A stretch of 64,000 bases of DNA from Azolla caroliniana (GCA_043228905.1 JBHGNT010000017.1:15190001-15254000); one strand, 5' to 3'; counted from the stretch's first letter, positions 1 to 14,228 are shown. Program-made: numbers and translations. Notes: generated by a model from the sequence alone, not told the origin.

Positions 1-162
1 ACAAAGCATTATTATTTTGAATACATTCCTGTTGTTTGCTCACACACACACACTCTCTCTCATTGTGTATCTCCATTCTCTGTGTTTACCTAATTGTTGT
101 CTATTATTCGGCGTAACTAACTATATTGTTAACTCTCAAGCTTCCGCACATATTCTTTTTCA
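1..162 (+). repeat. 3' part of the 5' LTR of element A
   Basis: Ends CTTCCGCACATATTCTTTTTCA like the LTR ends of B and I, followed by TGGTAGTAGATGC (decayed TGGTATCAGAGC). Confidence 0.8.
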
Positions 163-254
163 TGGTAGTAGATGCGAGGGTTGAGAATCTTCTGTAGCCA
201 ATCGAAAAGCAAAGACTACATAGAGACATTTCTTTCTTCCGGAGCAACAAGAAC

Positions 255-3200
255 ATGGACAAAGGAATGGGCAACTTGCTTCCAATGGAGAAGCTCGACA
301 GAAGCAACTACGCATCTTGGACATACAAGAGTACTGGCTTGGACACAGATACTGGAGTTATGTCAAATGAGCGAACAAAGTACCACTAGAGCCGACACAG
401 AGAGACTTCCCATCTTGGGAGCAAGCAACAAGCTAAGTCTTGTACTGCCTTGCCTCTTGTGTCCATGACCAGATGCTTGGGTAAATAAGATACGTGAAGT
501 CGCGGAAGAATGCTTGGGGGAACATGAAGAGGGTATTGACCGCCAACACCACAACCCGTAAGTTACAACTCAAACATGAGCTGAACAACATCTGACAAGG
601 AGGTATGTTGGTAACTGACTACACCATAAAGATCAAGGAGATCTGTGATGCACTTGGGTCCATCAGTGTTACTGTGGACGAAGACGAGATGGTGCAAATA
701 TGCCTCGATGGGTTAGCTCAGAAATACGGGCTGATTCGAATAATTATCTGCATAAGAGAGAATACTCCTTCATTTTTAGACTTATTGTCGATGGTCCTTG
801 TAGAGGGGAACCACATTGGTGTGTCAATTAATATGCACGCCAAAAATAAGATGTTGTACATGGATGTGGATCAGCCCTGTGGCCATGGTGGACAAGGTGG
901 GTCGGCACGCATTGGAGGCATCTGACAAGAGCAGAAAAGATGGCACAGAGGTGGTGTTGATAACAGTTCTGGACCCTCTACGAGCAGGGGGAGTCAAGGT
1001 GGAGCCCAAAGTCGGCAAGGAAAGGTTGCAACGGATTGTTGGTACTATGGACGAAAGGGCCATAGAGAGAGTGAGTGTTGGAAGAAGCGAGCTGATTCGG
1101 ACCTATCTAGATTGAGCCGAGGGGACAAAGATAGGCGTTAAAGATCGCATTATGCTGAAGGTTCAGGGTGAGCCAGATAGGACCTTGCCTTTGTAATGAA
1201 GCACAAAGCCAACTTGATGGCGATGAGCAACTCAAAATTGAAGGAGGTGTGGTTTGTCGACTTCGGCACATCAAACCACATGATGAACCTTGAAGAATGG
1301 TTCTCCTATCTCGAGAAGCTGGAACAACCAGGGGTCATCGAAACCGGTGACGACACCCCTCACCCCATTGAACATATCAGAGATGTCCCCCTAAGCCATG
1401 TCGGCCAGAGAGGAATCATGAATAATGTCTTGCATGTGCCGACAATCACCAAGAATTTGGTGTCGGTTGGACAAATTGTCGACCAAGGCATGCAAGATCG
1501 ATTTACACACCTCGGATGCGTCATCGAAGAAGAAGGCAAGATCATCGCGCAAGGGCACAAGGAGGATGTTTATCCTTGAAACGAACGACTTCGACACCGC
1601 TATGTTTGCTAGAGGGCAGAAAGTCGAATAAGATATCAACCTGTGGCACAAGTGGTTCAACCACATCAACTTCTCACGGCTTCGAGATATGCAAACAAAT
1701 AACATTGTTTTTGGTCTACCCAAATTTAGTGGTTGGAACAGCCAAGTCTACGAAGCCTATCAACTTGGGAAGCATCACCAACTTCCATTCCCCAATGTGC
1801 ACAATCGGAGCCGTAACAAGATCGATTTAATCCATTCAGATGTGTGAGGGCCGGCGTAGAACGTGAGTATCGGTGGGAGTCATTACTCTGTAACCCTCAT
1901 CGATGACTGCATTCGGCACACCTAGGCATGCTTGGTCGAGAAGAACAACGAAGTCTTCTCCTGTTTCTTGAAGGTGAAGAGCCTTGCCAAATGGGACACA
2001 TGCCGGAAAATCAAGTGCCTCAAGTCTAATGGCAGAAAAGAGTACTTTTCTGACCCGTTCTCAAGCTATCCGCAGAAGGAGGGAATCTAATGCGAGTTCT
2101 CTTGTAGATACACATCGTAGTAGAACGGTGTGGCTGAACGGAAGAATCGGATAGTAGAGGAAGTGGCACGGGCAATGCTTGAGGCGAAGCACATGCCAAA
2201 GTTTTACTGGGCCGAAGCGGTAAGGATGGCCGTTTACCTGTAGAGACATCTGCAGTTGGAGGAAACGTATCGCCACACGAGTTGTACTTTGGGAAGAAGC
2301 CGAACTTGGCACACTTGAGGGTGTTTGGCAACATAGCATATATGCATGTGACGAAGGAGAAGCGGAGGAAGCTAGACGCCAAAGCCAAGAAGTGTATCTT
2401 GGTCGGCCACTCGGACGAGCAGAAGGGTTATAAGTGTTATAACCCTTGATCAAAACAGGTCTAAGTTAGCCGAGATGTCGTATTCGACAAGTTGGCTTCA
2501 TGGTACTTGCCTCCACGTCCAACCCCCATCAACTCCATTCTAAATTATGACGATGATGCTAGTGAGGCCAATCCTCTGCTTGAGGAGGATATCAATGCTC
2601 TTGAGGAGAGTCCAATTTCATTTTGGCTAAGTGGGCTAAATGAGAGGCTGACTTAGAACGACCAGTCAGATGATGAGCCGGCGAGTAGCGAAGACTCGGC
2701 CGTGCAGTCCCCGCGTAAGAAGCCGAGGAGACGGCTTACGCACAAGGAGAAGGGGAAGATGAAGATTCTGGAGTATGGCATAGAGGCCAATGCATCGAAT
2801 AAGAATGAATCCGATGATGGACCTCTGGAGATGAGGTCAGACTCGGCCAAGAGGGCCCTGAAATCGGCGAACCAAAGGTTGCGCAGATCAACCCATTAGA
2901 AAAACCCCGTAACCGGTATGGATACAATGACTACACGGCGCATCACTATGCGTATATGGAGAAGGTGGCGGATGTGCATGAGCCAGAGAGCTATGTAGAG
3001 GTTGTGAAGGACACAAATAGGCTTGCCACTAGCAGAAAACGAGACGTGGGATTTGGTTGATTCCCCCAAGGGCGTGACGTTGATCAGATGCAGGTGGGTG
3101 TACAAGGTAAAGTACAATGCCAATGGCTCCATCAACCAATACAAGCCCGATTGGTGGCCAAGGGCTACGCGTAACAACATGACATTGATTACGATGAGGC

Positions 3201-4681
3201 ATTTGCATCGGTCGCAAAGATGACGATCGTCCGTGTGTTGTTGACGGTAGTGGCGGCAAAGGGATGGCATATGCATTAGATGGACGTGAACAACGCGTTC
3301 TCGCAAGGAGAACTTGAGGAACAAGTATACATGGTGTAGCCTCCCAAATTTCAACCCGGATTGAACCCGAACTGAAGAAGTCCCTCTACGGACTTAAGCA
3401 AGCTCTGCATGCTTGGAATGCGAAGATCACGCAGAGGTTGCGTAGGATGGGGTTTACTATGTTGAAATCAGAATCTTCACTTTTCATTTGGCGAGGTGTG
3501 AATGGGTCGATAAGCATTCTGCTTTATGTTGATGATCTAGTCATTTTTGGTGCTGACTTGGAGGAAATCGGTTGCATCAAGTCCCAGCTTGCCGCATCAT
3601 TCGACATGAAGGATATGGGGTACCTTCATTACTTCCTCGGGATCAAAGTGATCCACACCCCAGAGGGCATACTAATCAGTCAAAGACATTATGTTTTTGT
3701 TGGGATCATGACCGACCACTACCGGTTGCTCTTATATGTATTTGGGTGCAAAGATAGAGATAAATGTGCATAGACACACATAAAACTAAATAGATATAGA
3801 GACACAAATATTTACATGGAAAATACGAAACGGAAAAAAACCACGTGGAGTCCACAAACTTCAAACAGATCACTATTATAGGAGGAGTACAATGAGAAGC
3901 TCCAAGGCAACAACCTTAAGCTCTCCTTCATCAGACTGGCGGCCGTAGAGTTACTCACTAACTCTCACTCTCTCATAGTTACATAGGCAACAACCTTCTC
4001 TAACAATGTAACAACTGATAATGATACATAATTCCTCAAACATAAAGTTTTCCCTAGTTGTATTTATACTTATACAACTTTCTGTCTATTTACAGATATG
4101 GCCCACATGTGGCACATTTAGACTATTTACAAATATAGTCTCCCGAATCGGTTATATAATTGATCTTCGATTTTGATTTTGATTTCGGCCTCGGTCGAAT
4201 TACCCATGTTTCTTCGATTTAGTTCATTCTCTTTTTCCCATCCGGAGGGACCTGTTTTCCCAACAATTTTGAGTATGCTCTTCAAGTTCGGCATGGTGGA
4301 TTGTAAATTTGTTGCAACTCCTCTTGACAGGAATCCGGAATGACATGTAATCCGACTCGGTTCTGACAGATAGTCGGAAGCCTTATATATTTGACCATCA
4401 CCTAACAAGACCTCAACTCTCCAGTCGTCTGATAAATCAGTTTATGTCGCAGCCGAAGAACGAACACCTTCAGTGCGCACATCGAATCTTGCGATATGTG
4501 AGCGACACGAAGGACATGGTGTTGCTAGATCAGACTAGTGTAATTAGACAGTTAGTCAGCTACACAGATGCCGATTGGGCCGGAAATGTTGGTGAATGTA
4601 GGTCTATATCAAGGTTTGCATTCTCACTTGGAGACGCTGCGATTGCTTGGAGAAGCAAGAAGCAATTGACAGTAACACTAT
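255..4681 (+). pseudogene. Copia gag-pol of A (gag, PR, IN, RT, start of RNase H) with many stops and frameshifts
   Basis: ORF pieces WFVDFGTSNHM (PR), RWVYKVKY and LLYVDDL (RT), YTDADWAG (RH). Confidence 0.9.
3698..4265 (-). mobile_element. Solo LTR, family H (CCCTCCGGATGGG type), inserted in the RT of A
   Basis: TGTTGGGA...TCCCAACA termini; TSD GTTTT/ATTTT. Removal restores QRHYVLSMLFKFG. Reverse complement resembles the LTRs at 29986 and 52625. Confidence 0.85.
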
Positions 4682-5096
4682 TGTTGAGCGGCAAGCTCCA
4701 CCGGATCCGGATCGGCTGAATAAGCCTGAGCCGGATCGGCATCCAGAAGGGTGAACCGGTGAGCAAGTGAGCCAGTGAGCTGGGGAGCCGGTTAGCTGGA
4801 TCAAGTAGTAACCGGAAGCCCAGTAGCAGCTAGTCTACTAGGGAGTTAATATCTCGTAGTTAGTGTCAGACGCTTGTGTGAGCATTGAAGTACACCGTAC
4901 TTCTGTCAGTCCAGATGGACTTGTATAAAAGTGTTCACTGAACACATACGATGTACAGACTGAGTAGTATTTTTTGAATTGAGTTTCTGTGTGCTCTCTC
5001 TCTGTTTTTGTCTCTCCCGCGTACTGTTAAGATCTCCATTAAACATGTTTTCTGCTTTCTATATTCTATTGCTTCCGCAAGCTATTTGTTTCTACA
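4682..5096 (+). repeat. 5' LTR of B
   Basis: TGTTGAGCGG...TTTCTACA; direct repeat of 10020-10380 with indels in the CCGG-rich short repeats. Confidence 0.95.
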
Positions 5097-5193
5097 TGGT
5101 ATCAAAGCGCGAGGGTTGAGAACCTCTGCAGCCAACATTTGCTTTCGCAAGAAGAAAACCTAACCTTTGTAAAGAACAAAAAAAAAAAAACAA

Positions 5194-8100
5194 ATGGATA
5201 GAGGAATGACTAGCTCGCTCCCGGTGGAGAAGCTCGATAGATCCAACTACGCATCTTGGTCATACAAGATGCACCAGTACCTGCTTGGGCATGGTTACTG
5301 GAGTTATGTTGATGGAGCTAACGACATAGCACCTCATGCGGCACACAAGGACTTCCCGGTGTGGGAACAATCGGCAAGCAGAGTGATGTACTGCTTTGCG
5401 TCCAATGTCGGAGACCAGCTGTTGAGCCATGTCCGAGATGCCAAGACGCCGAAAGAGGCTTGGGGAAACTTGCAGAAGGTGTTCGCCGCAAGCACTACAA
5501 CTTGGAAACTGCAACTCCGATAGGAGTTGAGCAATGTCCAGCAGAAGGACATGTTGGTGGCTGATTACACGGCCCGAATCAAAGAGATATGTGACTCGCT
5601 TGCCTCTATCAACGTCACAGTAGAGGAAGACGAGATGGTACAGGTCTGTCTTGGGGGCCTAGCGTCTAAGTTCTGAGCTTTCCGGACAGCAATATGTACG
5701 AGGGAGAATACACCGTCATTTTTCGACTTACAGTCGATGCTCCTTGTAGAGGAGAACCACGCCGGTGCGTCAACAAGTGCACCCACCGACAACCGGATGC
5801 TGTACACAGAGGCGGATCGGCCCCGTGGGTGTGGTGGACGAGGCGGGTCGACACGCAATGGAAGCAGCCTGCAAGGGCAAGACCGACGACACAGAGACCG
5901 TGCTGACAATAGTTCCGGGACCTTCACAACCAGGGGGAGTCAAGGTGGCGCTGGAGGCCGACAAGACAAATCCGCCACAGAATGCTGGTACTGTGGCAAA
6001 AAGGGCCACAGAGAAAGCGAGTGCTGGAAGAAGCGCACCGATTCAGACAGATCTGGATCCAGCAAAACCGGTCTGGAGAACCGGCAAACCTCGCACTACG
6101 CGCAAGGATCGAAAGGATCCGGAACCGGGAAGACTGGTAAGGGGCCTACCATGGTGATGAAGCACGAGGCAAATTCGATGAAGAAGACCACTTCCAAATC
6201 GGAGGAAGTGTGGTACGTTGATTCCAGTGCATCAAATCACATGATGAACCACAAAGAGTGGTTCTCCTTCTTGGAGAAACCGGAACAACCGAGAGTTGTT
6301 GAAATCGGAGACGACACTCCTCACCCAATCGTGCATATTGGTGAAGTCCCTTTGAGCCATGTCGGACAGAGGGGGAAGCTGATGAACGTTTTACACGTTC
6401 CGACTATCACGAAGAACCTGGTGTCGGTCGGACAGATCGTCGACCAGGGATTGCAGGTGCGGTTTACGCACCTCGGGTGCTTCATCGAGGAGGAGGGCCA
6501 GATTATTGCGCAAGGGCGCAAAGACGGGAGGATGTTCATCCTCGACACCAATGACGTCGACACTGCTTTGTTCGCCAAAGGATAGAAGATTGAATCAGAC
6601 ATCGATCTCTGGCACAAGCGGATTGGCCACGTCAATTACCGGAGGCTTCAAGTCTTGCAAAAGAAACAAGTTGTTTTCGGTTTGCCGAAGTTCAGTGGCC
6701 GGAAAGCCCAAGTATGTGAAGCCTGCCAACTCGGGAAGCAACACCGGCTTCCATTCCCCACCAAACGAAACCGTAGCCGTAACAAGCTCGACCTTATTCA
6801 TTTGGATGTATGGGGACCAACATAGAACGTGAGTCTTGGCGGGAGTCGATACTTCATCTCCTTCATCGACAACTATAGCCGGCACACATGGATCTACCTC
6901 ATTGAGCGGAAGAGCGAAGTCTTCGACTGTTTCCGGAACCTCCAAAGCATGGTGGAACGGGAATCAGAGAGGAAGATCAAGTGCCTGCGGTCAGATGACG
7001 GAAAATAATATTTTTCTGGCCAATTCAACAGTTATCTGTAGCAAACAGGAATTCAGAGAGAGTTTAGCTACAAATACACACCGGAGCAAAACGGTTTGGC
7101 CGAAAGGAAGAACTAGTCGCTTGTTGACGTGGCAAGGGCAATGCTGGAAGAGAAGAGCATGCCTCATTTCTACTGGGCGGAGGCGGTCCGGATGACCGTC
7201 TACATCCAAAACCGGATTGGTGACAAGGTGTCCGCGCATGAGCTGTATTTCGCATGCAAGCCAAATTTGAGATACCTTCGGATTTTCGGTAGCATAGCAT
7301 ATGTGCATGTGCCGGATGAGAAGCAGAGGAAGCTGGATGCAAAATCGGAGAAGTGCATCCTCGTCGGCTACTCACATGAGCAAAAGGGGTATAAGTGTTA
7401 TAACCCCCGGACGAAGTAGGTCCAAGTTAGCCGTGATGTTGAGTTTGATGAGACGGCATCATGGTATGCCCTACTGGCTCCGACTTCCGACCCCGACCCG
7501 ATATCGGAGGATGAGGCTAGTGAGCCTGAACCGGTCCAGATAGAAGATGATGAATCCGGGACTCAAGAAGAGAGTTCGGAATCGTTTCGTTTGAGTGGGC
7601 TGAATGAGAGACTAGGTCAATCCGACAAGTCAGAAGAGGAACCAACGAGTAGTGTAGACTCTACCGTGCTCTCCCCGCGCAAGGAACCGAGGAGATGGTT
7701 CACGCGCAAAGAGAAGGGGAAGAAGAAGATGCCGGATTATGAAACCGGTAATGATGAGTCGGATCAGAGCGGATCCGACTCCGGAAAGGAAAATGACGGC
7801 TCTTCGGCACCGAAGACTGAACCGGCCAAGAAGGGCCTCAAACCGGGTAACGGTGGGTTACGCCGGTCAACCCGCCACAAGGAACTTGTTAAGCGGTACG
7901 GGTACAATGAGTACATGGCGCATCACTATGCGTACATGACCCAGGTGGCGGAAGTGCGTGAGCTGGAGAGCTACGTAGAAGCGGCAAGGGATGCAAATTG
8001 GCGTGCCGCTATGGAGGAAGAGATGCAGGCACTTGATGCCAACGATACATGGGACCTGGTTAACCCTCCCTGTCACAGTAAACCGATCGGATGCAAGTGG

Positions 8101-9352
8101 GTGTACAAGGTAAAGTACAATGCCGACGGTTCAGTTAACCGGTACAAGGCTCGATTAGTGGCAAAGGGATACACACAAACCCACGGAATCGACTACGATG
8201 AGACCTTCGCTCCGGTAGCGAAGATGACGATGGTTCGTGTGGTGCTGGCGGTTGCTGCGGCAAGGGAGTGGCATCTTCACCAGATGGATGTGAAGAATGC
8301 ATTTCTTCAAGACGATCTAGAAGAAGAGGTCTTTATGACCTAACCGCCCGGTTTTCAGTCGGAGATGAACAAGTCGGCTGTATGTCGGCTGAAGAAGTCA
8401 CTTTATGGCCTGAAGCAAGCCCCTCGAGCTTGGAATGCAAAGATTACGCACCTAAACTCGAACTCGATGAAATCAGCCGACTCAAGTCCCAGCTGTCGGA
8501 CGCATTTGAGATGAAGGACCTGGGGGACCTTCAATATTTCCTTGGGATCGAGGTGATCCGAACCCCCGACGGCATATTGCTCTCACAAAGACACTATGTG
8601 TTGAATATGCTGTACAAGTTCGGCATGACGGAATGTCGCCCTATTTCTACACCCTTGGACCGGAAATAGAAGCTTTGTCCCAACTCCCGACTGGCCTGCG
8701 ATGAGAAACGGTTTCGACAAATTGTCGGAAGCCTTATATATTTGACCATCACCCGACCCGACATCACCTATCCGGTCGGTGATTAGTCAATTCATACAGA
8801 AGCCGACCGTCGAGCATCTTCAGTGCGCGCACCGAATAGTGCGGTATGTGAGCTGGCCGGGGACAGTTATACCGGCGAGGTATGACCGAAGAGCTAGTCA
8901 GCTACACGGATGCCGATTGGGCCGACGATGCATCAGATCGCCGTTCCACTTCCGGCTACATGTTTTCCCTAGGTAGTGCGGCTATTGCGTGGAGCAGCAA
9001 AAAGCAGCCAACAGTGGCTCTGTCGAGCACCGAGGCTGAATACCGGGGCGCTACCATTGCCACCTATGAAGCGATTTGGCTTCGGCGACTACTGCAAGAC
9101 CTGCGGATCGAGGTGCCGACCCCGATCTTGATCTTTTGTGACAACATAAGCAGCATGCAGTTCGCCAAGAACCCCGTATTCCATGCTCGCACAAAGCACA
9201 TCGAAGTGCACTACCACTTCGTGCGTGAGCGTGTCCTGAGCGGTGAAGTTGAACTTCGGTATGTTCATACGGATCGGCAAGTTGCCGACATCTTCACCAA
9301 ACCACTCGGATCGGACAAGTTGCAACACTTCACCGAAATGCTTGGTGTTTAG
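5194..9352 (+). pseudogene. Copia gag-pol of B
   Basis: EKLDRSNYASW gag, CWYCGKKGHRESEC zinc knuckle, [43 protein letters not shown]. In-frame stops and a deletion removing the YVDD region near 8450. Confidence 0.92.
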
Positions 9353-10019
9353 CATCTCGACGTGCCACACTTGAGGGGGAGAATGGACAAAGACACCACC
9401 GGAACAGGCAAAGGCAAAGAGACCGCCGATTGCGCCGGTGGGGGAAGAACCAACAAGGGGAGAGATAGGAAGAAGAAAGGAGCTTAGTCGACAAAGGAAG
9501 TTGACACATCCGAACAAGTCGGAACAAGTCGGAACAAGCGGCAACGAAGGCAGAGTCAAGAAGGATAGAGCCGACCGGAAGAAGAAGGCCAAGACCCGGA
9601 CATGGTCCGATGTGGTGAAGGGCCTAGAACCAGAAGACTAATCGGGAGCAACTGATTCGGACAAGAGCTGGAACGAATCGGAGACAACCGATTCGGTTCT
9701 ATAGAAGGATTCAGAAGAACCGGATCAATTCATGGCCAAGAGGACAAGAAGGCAGCAAAAGTCGACGCCAACACGAAGGTATCGGCGAATCGGCAAAAGC
9801 GAAAGTCACAACAACGAGGGAGCTGAATTGGGCCTATTGAGCAGACAAGCCGACCAAGGAAGTCAAGGTGCGCAGGAATAGAAGGGTCGCGGCAAACGGG
9901 ACCGAACCGGACGAGGAGCGCGAGCGAGGCGGAGTGACGCCAAAAGGAGTCAGGTGGAAGGACCGGTTGCCATAGAGACTGGCACTATGATCCGGCCTCA
10001 AATTGAGCTTGAGGGGGAG

Positions 10020-10380
10020 TGTTGAGCGGCAAGCTCAACCGGATCCGGATCGGCATCCAGAAGGGTGAGCCGGTGAGCTGGGGAGCCGGTTAGCTGGATC
10101 AAGCAGTAATCGGAAACCAAGTAGCAACTAGTCTACTAGGGAGTTAGTGTCAGACGCTCGTGTGAGCATTGAAGTACACCGTACTTCTGTCAGTCCGGAT
10201 GGATTTGTATAAAAGTGTTCATTGAACACATACGATGTATAGTTTGAGTAGTATTTTTTGAATTGAGTTTCTGTGTGCTCTCTCTCTGTCTCTGTCTCTC
10301 CCACGTACTGTTAAGCTCTCCATTAAACCTGTTTTATGCTTTCTGTTTTCTATTGCTTCCGCATGCTATTTGTTTCTACA
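10020..10380 (+). repeat. 3' LTR of B
   Basis: Follows the PPT, ends CA before TSD ACTAT. Confidence 0.95.
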
Positions 10381-10385
10381 ACTAT

Positions 10386-11308
10386 CGAGCACTGAGGCCG
10401 AATACAGAGGAGCGGCTATTGCAACGTGCGAAGCCATCTGGCTTAAAAGGCTCTTGAAGGATTTGCATATGGAGGTATCTGAATTGACAATAATATATTG
10501 CGACAACCTCAACAACATCCAACTTGCGAAGAACCCAGTTTTCCATGCCTGGACATAGCACATCAAGGTGTACTAACATTTTGTCTGTGAACATGTTCTC
10601 TCTAGTGAAGTGGAACTTGTGTATGTTCCAACCGATTGGCAGGTTGCTAATGTCTTCACCAAAGCTCTCGGCTTGGACAAGTTGCGGCAATTTTCGAGTA
10701 TTCTTGGCTTACAACACCTCGACATCCCGAACTTGAGGGGGAGAAGTTAGGAAAGTGAGAGTGAGAGGGAGAGAGCGGAAGTTCCGAAAAATGAAGCGAA
10801 TGTGGAATTCGATTTCGGGAAGACTGAAGAAGCCTAGGACGGATGCAGGGGGAGCAATCAAAAGAATGAGCCAAAGTCGGAGCCATCAGAACAAGGGGGA
10901 GATAGAGCTAAGGAAGCCAAGACAGGCGACAAAGCCGACCTAAAGATAAAGGCCAGGACCAGGACATGATCGGATGTGGTTAAGAACCTGAAGGAGGACG
11001 AATTGGAGATAGCCAATCCAGACAAGAGCGAGAACGAATCAGAGACAACCGATTCGGTTGAAAATGGTGATTTGGAAGAGCTGAATCACATGAAGGCCAA
11101 GCGGACAAGGAGGCAGCTGAAGCCGATGCCTATATAGAGGAGATGACAGGTCGAGGGGCGCCATTGCCGCGACAACAACGGAGCTGAGAAGGGCCTCAAG
11201 AGCAAACGTACCGACTACAAGGGTCGAGGAGCGCGGAATCGGATGGGTGAAGGAGCGTTCAACCAAAGGGGTCGTTGAACGTGGGACCGGACCGGACGAG
11301 GAGCTCGA
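10386..11308 (+). pseudogene. RNase H end and 3' extension of element A
   Basis: SSTEAEYRGAAIATCEAIWL continues the frame broken at 4681. Confidence 0.85.
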
Positions 11309-11782
11309 TGTCACGGATTTCCACATGTACATGTCAAATCAGGCGAAACTATAGGGATCTTGGACCAAGGAGTCCGAGGGAGAGAGACTACTAGGCTTGT
11401 AGTGTCCTATCTGGCTCGGTTGCAAGAGACCTTTACAGAGCACACGGGCTCGCAAACCTTGTAACCGATCTAGCCCTATCGCCGGATTTCAGAAACGAGC
11501 ACATGAGCTTAGAGACTTAGGTAGACACGTGAGTGCAGTGGAGGGAGAAGCAACACTTCCTGGAGAAAGAAATAGAGAAACAAATGTTGATCCGACATAG
11601 AGAGACTAGAACAAGAAAACACAGGGAGAGAATACCCGGATACAACAATACCTTGTACTTATTAGTCCTAGGTTATTTACAATAGTTTTATGCAAGATCC
11701 CCTTTCTATGTGCATACATGCATGCCCTTGTTCACACGCAATCAGTGAGTTTTTCCCCGAGTAGCCGGAATCCTGCATGACA
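11309..11782 (-). repeat. 3' LTR of C
   Basis: TGTCACG...ATGACA termini, adjacent to the same PPT as L (35587). Confidence 0.8.
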
Positions 11783-11848
11783 TCCACCCCCACCAAACCG
11801 CACGTCCTCCGGCATGTGCTAGACAGTGAAGCAGTGGAGATTCCGGTT

Positions 11849-12608
11849 CATCCCTTACTCTTCCTCCTCTGAAATGTCGCCAATCAGGTCCTCATCCAGC
11901 TCCCCGCCCTTGTCGGCGTCCTCGTCCTCTACCCCCGGATCCAGTTCCGCCTCCTGTCGCTTCTTGAAGGCCTTGATCCACTTCCCCGCAAGTGTCACCA
12001 CGTACGGCCCGAACCATTGCCTGGCGAACTTCCACGTCGACCAGTGCTAGTTGTCGAGGCTAATGTTGTAGACCAACACCCAATTGCCTTCTTCTATCTT
12101 CCTCGGCCGCAGTCAGTGAGTCCGGTCAAACCATCCCTTGTTCTTCAGTCTCACTTCCTTCACCTTCGCCTTCACTCCTCTATGTCCTCCGGTCGCCTTT
12201 CGAGTTATCAAATCCTCACAACCAACAACTGCTCCCGACTAATCTCATCTGCCTAGTCGACCGCCAACCACGAGGTGATTGTCCTTTCTACCGGCATGAT
12301 CAGCTTTTGCCCGAACATGAGTTCAGCCGGCATATACCTTGACACCGAACGATGCGTAGTTCGGTCGGCCCATAATACATCTGGGAGGAGTCGTGGCCAA
12401 TTCCCGACTTGTCCGTTGCAAGCCCTTACGATTTCCTTCACGATCGGACTATGCCCCTGCTTGACCTTCCCGTACACCTCTGGATTGTAGGCTGTTGTAA
12501 GGGAGATCTTGACCCCCAATCGATCAAATAGCTCCGTGGCTTCGTGCGCGTTTAGCTCCCCTTGGTCGGCCATTATCTTGCCGACGCATCCATATCGGCA
12601 CATCACAT
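11849..12608 (-). pseudogene. Integrase C-terminal part of C
   Basis: CRYGCVGKIMADQGEL...TTAYNPE matches L integrase. Confidence 0.85.
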
Positions 12609-14009
12609 TATCGTAATGTACTTCGTACAGTACGTGAAATATGGTACGGAGTACCCGATTCAATAAAAATAAAGAAATAGAAGAAAATACTAAAAGAAAC
12701 ACATTACATGCATAGGGCAAGATTCAAACCCTGTACCTCCATGTAAACAAACTCAAACCTTACCATTGTACTAACTCATCATGAATAAAATAATTATGGG
12801 TTTAATATTTAGAAGACCTTATTCTTAAATATAAATTTTAGGAAAAGCTACTTTTACACGTGTAGAGTGCATAAAACTTTCGTTAGAAGAAAAACATTGA
12901 TCGAAAAGCTATTCATGACATCTCACGTGCATGAACACTATTATTAGAAGAAAAAGCGTATTAGATAAAGTGATTCATGCATATCTAGTGTGCATGAACA
13001 CTGTCAGAACCAAGAATAAAAGATAGAGTGATGGAAGAAGGATATAAGAGAACACGAGAAGAAAGGAACAAAATGCTAAGAGAAGAATGAGTGTATTAAG
13101 ATAGAGAAAGAAAGAGAATGGATACATGATATGTAATGAGAGCTAAAGACTGGTGTTGATTCGAATTGATTTGAGAATACATGTATGCCCTTATTTATAG
13201 GTTCCTATAGAATAGCTTAGAGATTTCATAGTGAGTGTCATAGTGTACTTCGTACATTACGTGAAATATGTACAGAGTACCCGATTCAATAAAAATAAAG
13301 AAATAGAGGAAAATACTAAAAAAAACACATTACATGCATAGGGCAACATTCAAACCCTGTACCTCCATGTAAACAAATTCAAACCTTACCATTGCACCAA
13401 CTTGTCATGAGTAAAATAATTATGGGTTTAATATTTAGAAGACCTTATTCTTAAGTATAAATTTTAGGAAAAGCTACTTTTACACGTGTAGAGTGCATAC
13501 AAGTTTAGTTAGAAGAAAAGCCTGATCGAAAAAGCTATTCATGACATCTCACATGTATGAACACTATTATTAGAAGAAAAACCATATTAGATAAAGCGAT
13601 TCATGCATATCTAGTGTGCATGAACACTTTAGAAAAGAAAAGCATGATGCTTACCATGTGGTAGGCTATACTTAGTCTCTCCCATCACTAGATAAGGGTG
13701 AAGGAGAAAAATGTAAAGGTTATTGATTCTTGAGTTTTATTAATATTTCTAAATATTGATCTAATTGATTATATTCGTGTGATTCACGATTTTCCATCTA
13801 TCTTTTCTAATCTATTCAAATTTACTATTAGGATTCTAAGGGTTGATTAATCTAATACAATACACTCGTGGGATTCACGAGGTTTCTATATCTTTTTCTT
13901 ACAATCTATTTTCATTCTTATTCGTGTCAAATTCTCCATCCTCCTAGTCCAAAACCCTAGCGGTTCCCACCTGGTTCACACAAATGATCTGACGTCGAAA
14001 GACACGACA
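12609..14009 (-). mobile_element. AT-rich solo LTR, family G, with an internal duplication of its terminal ~395 bp
   Basis: TATCGT(=TGTCGT)...ACGACA termini, 4-bp TSD ACAT/ACGT in C integrase. 12609-13003 is repeated at 13236-13629. Inverse homologue of 44267-45554. Confidence 0.75.
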
Positions 14010-14228
14010 ACGTCCTCAATTAGGAACCGGCATACGGTCACGGTCGTCTTGTTTGTCAATGTCAAGAATCAAACTCTTGACATGACCATGTTATAATTGA
14101 GTGTTATGTGTTAACCACACATCTAGCATATAATCATGTCATACTTCCTCATTGTAGGTTTTAGCTAGCATTATGTGCATAATTTCTCCCTTGTATTATT
14201 AACACTTGGCACATGCATGCGTACCTAC

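Larger units (their letters stand above)
4682..10380 (+). mobile_element. Copia element B with both LTRs, inserted in the RNase H of A
   Basis: LTRs 4682-5096 and 10020-10380, perfect TSD ACTAT, PBS TGGTATCAAAGC 5097-5108, PPT GAGGGGGAG 10011-10019. Confidence 0.95.
1..11308 (+). mobile_element. Copia element A (degenerate; outermost host of the nest; 3' LTR not seen)
   Basis: LTR end ...CA at 162, degenerate Met PBS at 163-175, gag-PR-IN-RT-RH order in fragments. Interrupted at 3698-4265, 4682-10380 and 11309. Confidence 0.9.
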
